Shown: piece by piece, positions 1 to 9,231 of the stretch
How positions within the stretch are numbered: the first letter of the stretch is position 1
Layout of the letters: each line of letters opens with the position of its first letter
From: Calditrichaceae bacterium
GTDB taxonomy: Bacteria; Calditrichota; Calditrichia; Calditrichales; JBFXGD01
Direction of reading: 5' to 3'
DNA length: 28,307 nucleotides
Assembly (NCBI GenBank): GCA_050178385.1
Contig: JBFXGD010000030.1
Location: 1-28,307 of the forward strand
Notes under the pieces: generated by a model
Databases searched by the model: none
What the model was told of the DNA's origin: nothing
What the model saw: the letters and a program-made list of their open reading frames with translations, nothing else
Translations under genes and position numbers: made by a program

Positions 1-1140
1 GCGAATACCAGGAAGCTATATTTTCAATATGAACATCCCTTCTGGAATGACTTCATGGAACATCCCGATTATGATTCATTCTGGCAGGCGCGTAGTTCAC
101 TCAACCATTTTGAAGAGGTGAAACCGGCGGTGCTGGTGGTGGGCGGCTGGTTTGACGCGGAAAATCTGTTCGGAGCGCTGAACACCTATAAAACAATCGA
201 AAAAAAGAATCCGGATGCAAATAATGTGTTTGTCATGGGACCGTGGTTTCACGGCGGCTGGGTGCGGTCCGATGGCGACTTTCTCGGAAATATTGATTTC
301 GGAAGCAAAACCGGTGAATATTATATAGAAAATATCGAGTTACCCTTTTTCAGACATTACCTGAAAGGCGAGGGAGACATCACTCTCCCGGAAGCTCAGG
401 TTTTCGAAACCGGATCGAATCAATGGCGCTCCTATGACTCATGGCCTCCCAAAAACACGGAAATGGTAAATATTTATTTGCGCGCCGGGGGAGCAATCTC
501 ATTTGAAAAATCCGCAAAGTCCGGGCAAAACAGTTACGATGAGTATATCAGTGATCCCGCGAAGCCGGTACCGTTTACAGCGGAAATCACCAACGGAATG
601 CCCAAAACCTATATGGTTGAAGATCAGCGCTTCGTTTCCACGCGTCCGGATGTGATGGTTTATGAGAGCGATATTCTTGATGATAATATAACGATCGCCG
701 GTCCTTTGTTCCCGGAACTATATGTTTCCACATCAGGCACGGATTGCGACTGGATTGTCAAGCTGATCGATGTGTTCCCCGATACGCTTAAAGAAACGGC
801 TCCCGGCGGCAGCAATGCCCAAATGGGTGGTTTTCAGATGCTGGTGCGCGGTGATGTGATGCGTTCGCGATACAGGAATAGTTTTGAAAAACCCGAACCG
901 ATGAAGCCGAATACCGTGACAAAAATCAAATGGGAGACACCGGATATTAATCATACTTTTTTAAAAGGTCATAAAATAATGATACAGATCCAGAGCAGCT
1001 GGTTCCCTCTGGTTGACAGGAATCCGCAGAAGTATGTCAATATTTATCAGGCGGTCGAAGAGGATTTTCAAAAAGCGGCGCAGCGGATTTACCATTCATC
1101 TGAATATCCTTCATCCATAAATGTGAGTCTGATGAAATAG
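1..1140 (+). CDS. CocE/NonD family hydrolase (alpha-amino acid ester hydrolase / glutaryl-7-ACA acylase-like, peptidase S15), 5'-truncated by window edge
   Basis: Frame is open from base 1 (ANTRKLYFQYEHPFWNDFMEHPDYDSFW). Contains VGGWFDAE (catalytic Asp), MGPWFHGGW (catalytic His), and a PepX_C-type C-terminal domain (DQRF..RPDV, D.DWIVKLIDVFP, SSWFPLVDRNPQ). Confidence 0.9.
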   Translation, partial: ANTRKLYFQYEHPFWNDFMEHPDYDSFWQARSSLNHFEEVKPAVLVVGGWFDAENLFGALNTYKTIEKKNPDANNVFVMGPWFHGGWVRSDGDFLGNIDFGSKTGEYYIENIELPFFRHYLKGEGDITLPEAQVFETGSNQWRSYDSWPPKNTEMVNIYLRAGGAISFEKSAKSGQNSYDEYISDPAKPVPFTAEITNGMPKTYMVEDQRFVSTRPDVMVYESDILDDNITIAGPLFPELYVSTSGTDCDWIVKLIDVFPDTLKETAPGGSNAQMGGFQMLVRGDVMRSRYRNSFEKPEPMKPNTVTKIKWETPDINHTFLKGHKIMIQIQSSWFPLVDRNPQKYVNIYQAVEEDFQKAAQRIYHSSEYPSSINVSLMK

Positions 1141-1149
1141 GGGAGAAAG

Positions 1150-2316
1150 ATGTCATTCTTAACGCATCTGGAATGCGCGTATTGCGGAAAACAGTATTCG
1201 GCGGATAAAATTTATAATCTATGCCCTGATTGCAAAAAACCATTGCTGGCAAGGTATGATCTGATAGCCGCCGGAAAATCAATCAATCCAAAAATTCTTA
1301 AAAACCGCCGTCCCGATTTATGGCGATACCGGGAACTGCTTCCGGTCCGGTCAGAAAAGTACATTTTATCATTAGGCGAAGGATTCACACCGCTTATTCA
1401 CGCGGAACGTCTCGGTGGTGAGTTAGGATTTAAGCATCTTTTCATAAAAGATGAAAGTTTAAATCCGACCACATCATTTAAAGCGCGGGGTATGAGCGTC
1501 GCCATATCAAGAGCGTTTGAACTCGGGGTGGAAGAAGTATCCGTTCCATCCGCGGGAAACGCGGCGGGGGCCATGAGTGCTTACGCGGCGCTGGCGGGAA
1601 TGAAATCTCATGTCTTTATGCCGAAAGACGTGCCTTCGCCTTTTGTTGCCGAGTGCCGCGCGCTTGGCGCGCAAGTCACGCTTGTTGACGGACTGATTTC
1701 CGACTGCGGTAAGATCGCCGCCGAAGGAGTGAAGAAATACGGCAGGTTTGATGTCTCCACTCTAAAGGAGCCGTATCGTCTTGATGGTAAAAAAACCATG
1801 GGCTATGAAATTGCGGAGCAAATGAACTGGTCCCTTCCCGATGTGATTATTTATCCGACAGGCGGCGGAACGGGTCTAATCGGAATGTGGAAAGCGTTTG
1901 ATGAAATGGAGCAATTGGGCTGGATCGGTTCAAAACGTCCCAGGATGGTGACGGTTCAATCGGAAGGATGCGCCCCTATGGTTCGCGCTTTTGAAAACGG
2001 AGATGAATTCGCTGAACCCTGGCAGGGGGCAAAAACGGTTGCCGATGGTCTTCGTGTCCCGGGCGCGGTGGGTGATTTCCTGATTTTACGAGCCTTGCGT
2101 GAAAGCGGCGGAACGGCTGTGAGCGCTTCCGATAAAGAATTAATGGATGGAGCGAATCAGATCGGCCGGACGCAGGGAATATTCGCTGCGCCTGAAGGGG
2201 GAGCGACCCTTGCCGCTTTCATAAAACTACTCGGAAAAGGCTGGATTGGAAAAAACGAAACGGTTGTACTGTTTAACACAGGTAGCGGTCAAAAATACGC
2301 GTCTTTATGGGGATGA
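1150..2316 (+). CDS. thrC: Threonine synthase-like PLP enzyme (fold type II) with N-terminal zinc ribbon
   Basis: SLGEGFTPL, ESLNPTTSFKARG (PLP lysine), SAGNA, GKKTMGYEIAEQ, YPTGGG, FNTGSG.K. N-terminal CxxC...CxxC. RBS GGGAGA upstream. Confidence 0.8.
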   Translation: MSFLTHLECAYCGKQYSADKIYNLCPDCKKPLLARYDLIAAGKSINPKILKNRRPDLWRYRELLPVRSEKYILSLGEGFTPLIHAERLGGELGFKHLFIKDESLNPTTSFKARGMSVAISRAFELGVEEVSVPSAGNAAGAMSAYAALAGMKSHVFMPKDVPSPFVAECRALGAQVTLVDGLISDCGKIAAEGVKKYGRFDVSTLKEPYRLDGKKTMGYEIAEQMNWSLPDVIIYPTGGGTGLIGMWKAFDEMEQLGWIGSKRPRMVTVQSEGCAPMVRAFENGDEFAEPWQGAKTVADGLRVPGAVGDFLILRALRESGGTAVSASDKELMDGANQIGRTQGIFAAPEGGATLAAFIKLLGKGWIGKNETVVLFNTGSGQKYASLWG

Positions 2317-2397
2317 GTTGTTTCCGTATAGCCGGTGATGTAATATTTATTTGCAGGATGTTTGAGGATCCGCGTTTTTAATCATTAAGCTGTCTCC

Positions 2398-2423
2398 CGT
2401 CCCCCCGCTTTCACAGGAGGACG
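2398..2423 (-). other. Strand-specific RNA hairpin with GAAA tetraloop just after the RND gene stop
   Basis: Minus strand reads CGUCCUCCUGU-GAAA-GCGGGGGGACG: 11 consecutive pairs including 3 G-U. No U tract follows. Confidence 0.5.
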
Positions 2424-2436
2424 AAAGAAGCCAAGA

Positions 2437-5400
2437 TTATTTTTCCTTTACAAACACAATTCTGTACATGGCCGGCACAACGATAAGCGTGAGGAATGTG
2501 GCGAATGCAAGACCGAATACGATGGTCCATGCCAGCGGATTCCAGAATGCCACATTGTCACCGCCAAAATAAATCTGCGGATTCAGTTCGGTGAACAATG
2601 TCAGAAAGTTGATGTTAATACCCAACGCCAGAGGAAGCAGACCAAAGATGGTTGAAAGCGCCGTCAGCAGAACAGGGGTCAGACGGGTGGCGCCGGCGTT
2701 GATAATGGCTCCAACCGGATCCGTGGAGTCTTTCATCCGCTCGTCGATATAATCAATCAGAATAATCGCGTTTTTTACCACAATTCCGGCCACGGCGATA
2801 ATTCCCATCCCGGTCATCATCACCGATACATCAATATTGAAGATGATAAAACCCAGCAGTACGCCGATGATGCTAAAAATAATCTGTGACGCGATGATCA
2901 GCGGCTTGGCCAGCGAATTAAACTGGGCGACAAGGATGATAAGAATAAGCGCGATGGCGATAAATAACGCCTTCACCATAAAGTCACCGATCTCAGCCTG
3001 ATTTTCCTGCTCACCGGAAAAACGAATCGTGTAATTTTCCGGCAGATTGAAGCCGGGTAGCTCATTCTTGATGTTCTGGATAATTTCATTGGCGTTATAT
3101 CCGGTCAGAATATTCGAGGCAAGAGTGATGAGCCGTTCATTGTCCAGCCTTGTAATCGCTCCGAATGTGGATGTGTAGTCCGGCGCTGCCACCGCTGAGA
3201 TGGGAATATTGCTCGCGGGACCGTTTCCGTTTCCGGGTACCGTTAATTCCTGGCTGAGAAGCACATCCACATCATGCCGGTATTTTTCATCAAGACGGAG
3301 CTGAATCGGGTATTCATCCTCTCCGTCTCGGAATTTTGAAATTTCTTTACCATAAAGTGCCGTGCGCAAAGTCATGCCTACATATCCGGTGCTTACACCA
3401 AGTTTGCCTGCTTTGGCGCGATCCAGATTCAGAACGATTTCCGGTTTATGGATTTCCATATCGGTTTGGAGATTTTCTATTCCCTGAATCCCCAATGACT
3501 CGATATATTTTTTCAGTTCGTCAGAGAGCCTGACCAGTTCGTTGATATCTTCTCCGCGGATTTCAATGTTGATTGGCTTCCCGGCGGGCGGGCCCATGGC
3601 ATCGCGGTCCACTTCAATTTGCGCTCCGGGAATTCCCTGCACACTGTCACGAATTTCATCGAGATAATCGAGTGTTGACTTCCCGCTCTTTCTGTATTTG
3701 TATTCAACAAAGGAGACGGTCACTTTTGCCAGCTTTTCATGGGATGTGCTTTCAAACAGTCCGCTTCCGGCGTTGATGGCGACGTTGGTCATTACGGATT
3801 CCACATCGGGATTGTTTTCCCCGAGAATATCCATCACTCTGTTCTCAACGGTACGGGCAACGGCATCCGTATAAACAACATCCGTTCCTTCCGGCATTGT
3901 AATATAGACATAAACATAATTTGGATCACCGCTGGGCATAAAAACGACCTTCGGCGCCGCGACTCCCATCAGAAAGAATGTAAAAACGAGCAGAAATACA
4001 GTTCCGCCAACCACCGCGTAAGGCCGCTTGCCTTTCAGAAAAAATGCCAGAGAACTTCTGTAGCCGGTCATCATTAACGGTAATACAGTGTGCTGGAATT
4101 TATCGATCATTTTGATCATTGCCGTTTTGAGAAATATATAGAATATCAGTCCGAAGACGATCAGGTTGGCCGGCAGCATCCAGCCCGCCAGATAGAATAC
4201 CCCGGCAAATATACCGAGAATTACCGCGGTTTTAAGGAATTTTTTGCTCAGTTTTCCATGATCCGTATCATGCTCATCACCTTCATATTTCATGAAAGAC
4301 ACGGCAAACACCGGATTCATAAAATAGGCAACGAGAATGGATGCGGCCAAAGTAATAATTAGCGTGATCGGCAAATAGGATATGAACTTACCCATGATGC
4401 CGGGCATGAATATCAATGGGAAAAACGGCGCCAAAGTAGTGAGCGTACCGGTGAAGACGGGTACGGCAACTTCCCCGACGGCTGTTTTTGTCGCGTCAGT
4501 GATTGAGAGTCCCTTCGTGGTGGTGTAATGACGGTATATGTTCTCTACTACCACGATGGAATTATCCACCACAATTCCAAGCACCAGAATAAAAGCCATC
4601 AGAACGATCATATTCATGGTAAAACCGATCATGGGAACAATAACAAACGCGATCAGCATGGAAAGCGGGATGGCGACACCGACAAATACGGCGTCAAGTT
4701 CACCCATAAAAAACATCAGAATAAAAACCACAACAATAAATCCAAGGATAATCGTGTTAAAAAGATCGCTTACCGAATTACGGGTCTGAGTGCTGCTGTC
4801 ACCGGTAATGGCGAGAATAAGGTTTTCAGGACCACGTTTCTGAAATTTTTCCGTGATTTTCCGGATTTCATCAACGGCATCAATCAGATTCTCACCGCTT
4901 TTTTTGATCACGGATAAGGAGATAACCTCTTTCCCGTCCATCCGCGCGAAACTTTCACGCTCTTTAAATCCGTCAACTATTTCAGCGATATCTTTTAAAT
5001 AGACACCGTCTTTTATGAGAATATTGGCAATCTGATCTACCTTTTCAAATTCACCCACCACCCGAAGATTTCTTTTCATATCGCCGGCATGAATCAGGCC
5101 TCCGGAAATGGTGACGTTTTCATTCGCGACCGCGCTTTCTATCATATTGAAAGAAATGCCGGCCGCCTGCATCTTGTAAATATCGACGTTGATCTGAATC
5201 TCACGTTCCAGAGCACCCACCATATCGACGCGTGTAATCTCAGGCAGCGCTTCAATTTCATCCTGAAGATCATCGGCGTATTCTTTTAATTTTACCAGTC
5301 CAAGGTCACCCGACAGGTTCACAAATATAATCGGTATTTCGGAAACATCTATTTGTTTGAGATCCGGCTCCTGATACAAGTCATTCGGTAGTTCACTCCG

Positions 5401-5754
5401 TGAATCATCCACCGCCTTTTTGGTGTCGATAAAAGCCTGCATTTCATCCGCGGTAACTTCAAACTCCACAACAATAAGAGATACATCCTGCATGGACTGG
5501 CTGTTGATATGCTTGATACCGTTGATGCCTTTTAACTCTTTTTCGATCGGCCTTGTGATCAGGTTTTCAATATCCGCCGGTGATGTGCCGGGCTGGATGG
5601 TTGTGATCATAAAATAAGGGAAAACCACATCAGGAAACTGTTCCTTTGATGTGGACAAATACTGAATGATCCCAAAAATCACCAGCAAAACAGTAAATAC
5701 ATAAATCGTAGTTTTATTTTCTATCGCTTTATTGGATAGTTTGAATTCTTTCAT
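2437..5754 (-). CDS. RND efflux transporter permease subunit (AcrB/AcrD/AcrF family)
   Basis: 1105 aa. PGTSPADIENLITRPIEKEL, GIVVDNSIVVVENI (TM4), GIVVKNAIILID (TM10), RLTPVLLT, LPLALG. Confidence 0.95.
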   Translation of the reverse strand: MKEFKLSNKAIENKTTIYVFTVLLVIFGIIQYLSTSKEQFPDVVFPYFMITTIQPGTSPADIENLITRPIEKELKGINGIKHINSQSMQDVSLIVVEFEVTADEMQAFIDTKKAVDDSRSELPNDLYQEPDLKQIDVSEIPIIFVNLSGDLGLVKLKEYADDLQDEIEALPEITRVDMVGALEREIQINVDIYKMQAAGISFNMIESAVANENVTISGGLIHAGDMKRNLRVVGEFEKVDQIANILIKDGVYLKDIAEIVDGFKERESFARMDGKEVISLSVIKKSGENLIDAVDEIRKITEKFQKRGPENLILAITGDSSTQTRNSVSDLFNTIILGFIVVVFILMFFMGELDAVFVGVAIPLSMLIAFVIVPMIGFTMNMIVLMAFILVLGIVVDNSIVVVENIYRHYTTTKGLSITDATKTAVGEVAVPVFTGTLTTLAPFFPLIFMPGIMGKFISYLPITLIITLAASILVAYFMNPVFAVSFMKYEGDEHDTDHGKLSKKFLKTAVILGIFAGVFYLAGWMLPANLIVFGLIFYIFLKTAMIKMIDKFQHTVLPLMMTGYRSSLAFFLKGKRPYAVVGGTVFLLVFTFFLMGVAAPKVVFMPSGDPNYVYVYITMPEGTDVVYTDAVARTVENRVMDILGENNPDVESVMTNVAINAGSGLFESTSHEKLAKVTVSFVEYKYRKSGKSTLDYLDEIRDSVQGIPGAQIEVDRDAMGPPAGKPINIEIRGEDINELVRLSDELKKYIESLGIQGIENLQTDMEIHKPEIVLNLDRAKAGKLGVSTGYVGMTLRTALYGKEISKFRDGEDEYPIQLRLDEKYRHDVDVLLSQELTVPGNGNGPASNIPISAVAAPDYTSTFGAITRLDNERLITLASNILTGYNANEIIQNIKNELPGFNLPENYTIRFSGEQENQAEIGDFMVKALFIAIALILIILVAQFNSLAKPLIIASQIIFSIIGVLLGFIIFNIDVSVMMTGMGIIAVAGIVVKNAIILIDYIDERMKDSTDPVGAIINAGATRLTPVLLTALSTIFGLLPLALGININFLTLFTELNPQIYFGGDNVAFWNPLAWTIVFGLAFATFLTLIVVPAMYRIVFVKEK

Positions 5755-5767
5755 CTTTATCAGCCTT

Positions 5768-6946
5768 TTATTCCGTAATTGGGATTAGTTGATCTTTCTG
5801 GTTGCCGGCGATTACCTTGGCGTCGGAAACCCGCACATTCTGCCCGTCCGCAAGATTCTGATAACCGACTGTTACAATATATTCATCCGGTTGCAGTCCG
5901 TTTGTAAGTTCGATGATACCATCATAATTTAATCCGGTGGTCACCTGTTTTTTAACCACTTTCCAGATGTTTTCGCTCTGATTGATCAGTTTTGCGGTAA
6001 AGAGAAATTTACTTTCACCGGTATTTTGCACTACATTCACAGGTGCCGTTATGGCGCCGGCTTTAGTATAATCATTGATTGTCAGTATGGCCATCAAATT
6101 TGGTTTAACCGACTGCATTCCGGCCGGTATTTTTACCTCGACCGGGAAGGTGCGGTTTTTGGAGTCGATGACCTGAGAGACGGATCGTATAACCGAAGCA
6201 AAGGACTTATCCAGAACAGGAATGTACACATTTACGGAATCACCGCTATGCACCTGATTGATGTAGTTTTCGGATAGAAATGATTCAATTTTTAACTGTG
6301 AAACTTTTACAACACGTACCGTTCCAAAACCGGCGCCGATACCTTCGCCTTCTTTGACCAGAATCTGATCGACCGTTCCGCTGATGGGGGCGATGATTTT
6401 AGTAAGCCGGTAGGTCTCTTCCAAAGTCGCCAGACGCGCTTCGAGAGCATCCTTATTATTCTTTGCCTGAAGGTATTGAATTTCGCTTCCGATTTTCTTT
6501 TCCCAGAGCCGTTCCTGACGTTCAAAGATCGTGCGCGCCAGATCCAGACTCGTTTTTAGTTCAGTAATATTTTTCTCGTAAATCGCGCCGTCAAGCTGCC
6601 CAAGCAGTTGTCCGGCCTTTACCTGTTCGCCTTCGGTAACATAGATGGATTTTATCACTCCGTCGAGTTGGGCCGGGATTAGAATGTTATTATCTGAAGT
6701 AACCGTTCCCTGTGTCTTAATATAATGCCGGAAAACCGATGGTTTAACGGTCTGCAGCGAAATAAAGACGGTATTATCAGGTGCATTTTCGCCGTTTTCA
6801 AGGGCAATATCTGCCAGCAGCTGTTTAATTTCCAGGTTTATCTCATCACGTTTTGCTTCCAGCTCTTTTAGTTGAGATTGTTTATCCGCGCTTCCGCATC
6901 CCGCGATTGTCAAGACGGTTAATGCCATTAAAAATATTCTCTTCAT
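5768..6946 (-). CDS. RND periplasmic adaptor (membrane fusion protein), lipoprotein
   Basis: Lipobox-like TIAG-C. Lipoyl half-motifs GVIKSIYVTEGEQVKAGQLL and IIAPISGTV flank a coiled coil. Lies between tolC-like and RND genes. Confidence 0.93.
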   Translation of the reverse strand: MKRIFLMALTVLTIAGCGSADKQSQLKELEAKRDEINLEIKQLLADIALENGENAPDNTVFISLQTVKPSVFRHYIKTQGTVTSDNNILIPAQLDGVIKSIYVTEGEQVKAGQLLGQLDGAIYEKNITELKTSLDLARTIFERQERLWEKKIGSEIQYLQAKNNKDALEARLATLEETYRLTKIIAPISGTVDQILVKEGEGIGAGFGTVRVVKVSQLKIESFLSENYINQVHSGDSVNVYIPVLDKSFASVIRSVSQVIDSKNRTFPVEVKIPAGMQSVKPNLMAILTINDYTKAGAITAPVNVVQNTGESKFLFTAKLINQSENIWKVVKKQVTTGLNYDGIIELTNGLQPDEYIVTVGYQNLADGQNVRVSDAKVIAGNQKDQLIPITE

Positions 6947-6997
6947 TATAATATCCCATTCAAATTGGTTAAAACTGTTTATTGTCTTGTTTTTTTT

Positions 6998-8350
6998 CTA
7001 ATAATTTTCCAGCAGCTTATCCATTTTATTCTGCGCGTTTAGCAGATTAGATGTGGTTGTCATATAATCGGATTCTGCCTGCAGATACTGGGTGTGGCTC
7101 TGAATCAAATCCAGACTGGAAATCAGCCCTTCCTTGTATTTGATCAGATTGATGTCATAGATTTCCTTTGACAATATCATATTATTTTCAGAATTCTGAT
7201 ATCTTTTGAATGTGGTTGACAGGTCAGAGCGCGCCCGCCGGAATTCAAGATCCAGGCCTTGTTCGGCTTTTTGTTTCTGCAGAGAAGCCTGCTTCAACTC
7301 AATTTTTGCCTTTTGAACTTTAAAAACTTTCTGTCCACCACTAAAGATTGGCCAACTCGCAGATAAACCGACAACCGTCGTACGGAACCATGGGTCATTA
7401 CTGTCGAAAAAATTGAACTTGTTTCTCTGGGCGTTACGCTGGATGCTGCCGAACGCCGCGATCGATGGCATAAAACCGGTGAGTTCATTTTTTAATGTAA
7501 GATCAGCCAATTGTTCCTGTGTGGTCAGTAACTTGAAAGTGATATTCTTGTTCAGATCAAATTCACGTTCAAGCCGTGAGCGGATATCAAGGTCTGAGAA
7601 TACCTTTGCAAGATCATCCTTTAAACGGATCGGGCTGCTGAAAGGGATTCCCATCTGCATCTTGAGAAGATCGTATGCGATCATGATTTGCTGATCGATC
7701 GAGACAATACTGTTCTCGAGTCCGGTGACGGAGATCTGAAGTTGTTTAACATCGGTTTCTTCCACAAAGCCTTCGTCATACATGGCGCTGATCTCATAGA
7801 GTGTTTTTTTCAGATTATCGAGACTTTCCTGCAGAATTCGCCGGTTTTCCTCACCGATAATGATAAGATAATAGGTTTGGGCGATTGTTTCCTGCACATC
7901 CAGTTCGGTGCTTCGGGTGCTCTGCACTGAGAGCTTCTGATAAATTTTTGACGCGCGCAGCCCGACCAGATAACTTCCGCTGAAAATAAGCTGGGAAACG
8001 GAAACGCCATACGTCATATTATGAGTTTGACCGAATTTTACCGGAACGGTGGTTCCGGCGGCGTCACCAAAAAACTCACCGGGTATTAATTGCGTGGGAA
8101 TGTCGATCAATTTTTGATAATCCGCGCTGACTTCGATTTGGGGAAAACCGGCAGCGGTAACTTCCATGCGCTGTTTTTGCGCCGCCTTGATATTAAGCCG
8201 GGCATTGCGGACATCATAATTATTTTCCAGAGCGTATTTTTGCGCCTCTTTGATTGTAAAAGATAATTCTTCCTGAGCCGCGGCCAATCCTGACAGCAAA
8301 AATATAAGCATAATTCCGATCAAAAATCGGTATGATTTGTTTAAATTCAT
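6998..8350 (-). CDS. TolC family outer membrane efflux protein
   Basis: Signal peptide, ALENNYDV, two OEP-like repeats, SWPIFSGG, KYKEGLISSLDL. Confidence 0.92.
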   Translation of the reverse strand: MNLNKSYRFLIGIMLIFLLSGLAAAQEELSFTIKEAQKYALENNYDVRNARLNIKAAQKQRMEVTAAGFPQIEVSADYQKLIDIPTQLIPGEFFGDAAGTTVPVKFGQTHNMTYGVSVSQLIFSGSYLVGLRASKIYQKLSVQSTRSTELDVQETIAQTYYLIIIGEENRRILQESLDNLKKTLYEISAMYDEGFVEETDVKQLQISVTGLENSIVSIDQQIMIAYDLLKMQMGIPFSSPIRLKDDLAKVFSDLDIRSRLEREFDLNKNITFKLLTTQEQLADLTLKNELTGFMPSIAAFGSIQRNAQRNKFNFFDSNDPWFRTTVVGLSASWPIFSGGQKVFKVQKAKIELKQASLQKQKAEQGLDLEFRRARSDLSTTFKRYQNSENNMILSKEIYDINLIKYKEGLISSLDLIQSHTQYLQAESDYMTTTSNLLNAQNKMDKLLENY

Positions 8351-8366
8351 TTCCTCACCGTAATCG

Positions 8367-8975
8367 TTAAGATCTGATTTTTAGTCCGTTTAAAATTAAA
8401 TCGAGTAAATATTCTGTGTCTTTCTCGAGCTGCTTGAAGTCAGCAGAGGAGGGTCGAGGTGACTGCAGTGATAAAAACAGTTCCAGTCGCCGGGCTTCCA
8501 TCATTGTTCTTATGGCGTCGGCGGCCCTTTTAGGATCACCCTCACTGAATTCGCCGATATCCATGCCCTCTTTGATTAAATCAGCCATAAAATCAACGTT
8601 TTTTTCTTTCAGCTTTTTGTGCAGATTTTGTATCAGAATATGATTATCAAGCATCGCCTGAACATTCAGATCCATAAGCTCCGCCCGATCCTTTAAAAAC
8701 AGAACAATCGCTTTGCTGAACGCGTACATCTTTTCAGTTGCCGTTTGACTGTCCTTAAATTTAGATTTAATCTCTGACAATAATCTAATCGCTTCACGCT
8801 CAATGGCGTCACTGAAAATCGCCTCTTTGTTTTTATAATAGTAGTAGAGAGACGCTTTTTTCATGCCGATAACCGCGGCAATATCGTCCATCGTTGCCTT
8901 AACCGCGCCATATCTTGCCAGGCAGGACATGGCCGCGTCAAGGATCTGTTCTTTTTTTAATTCGTCTTTTTCCAT
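8367..8975 (-). CDS. TetR/AcrR family transcriptional regulator
   Basis: N-terminal HTH ILDAAMSCLARYG...TMDDIA...KASLYYYYKNKEAIF. First gene of the efflux operon. Confidence 0.93.
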   Translation of the reverse strand: MEKDELKKEQILDAAMSCLARYGAVKATMDDIAAVIGMKKASLYYYYKNKEAIFSDAIEREAIRLLSEIKSKFKDSQTATEKMYAFSKAIVLFLKDRAELMDLNVQAMLDNHILIQNLHKKLKEKNVDFMADLIKEGMDIGEFSEGDPKRAADAIRTMMEARRLELFLSLQSPRPSSADFKQLEKDTEYLLDLILNGLKIRS

Positions 8976-8993
8976 TCGTTTCCTGTCTAATTT

Positions 8994-9018
8994 TCGAACA
9001 ATCTATCATATTTTTCGA
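8994..9018. promoter_or_regulatory. Candidate TetR operator (imperfect inverted repeat)
   Basis: TCGAACAAT-ctatcat-ATTTTTCGA, 8 of 9 positions complementary, about 20-40 nt upstream of the tetR start. Confidence 0.4.
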
Positions 9019-9231
9019 TAATGCGCAATAGTTACGTATAAACTTTTCAGAAGTTTCAATTATTCCGGATGAATTCATTTTGATAAAGATAATGTTAATA
9101 TAGCAATATCAGTTGTAATCACATTGACCTTATAGTGGATAATGAAGGCCGGGTTTTTATAAAACCATTCTTGTCATTTTAACATACCGGAATTAAATTA
9201 GCCGCAGATAATTTATTAAGGATGTAAAAAT

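Noticed and set aside
9090..9190. Possible Pho box upstream of the PiT gene (TTGTCAT, TTAACAT)
   Set aside because: Half-sites are not at the 11-nt spacing, and the AT-rich background makes chance matches likely.
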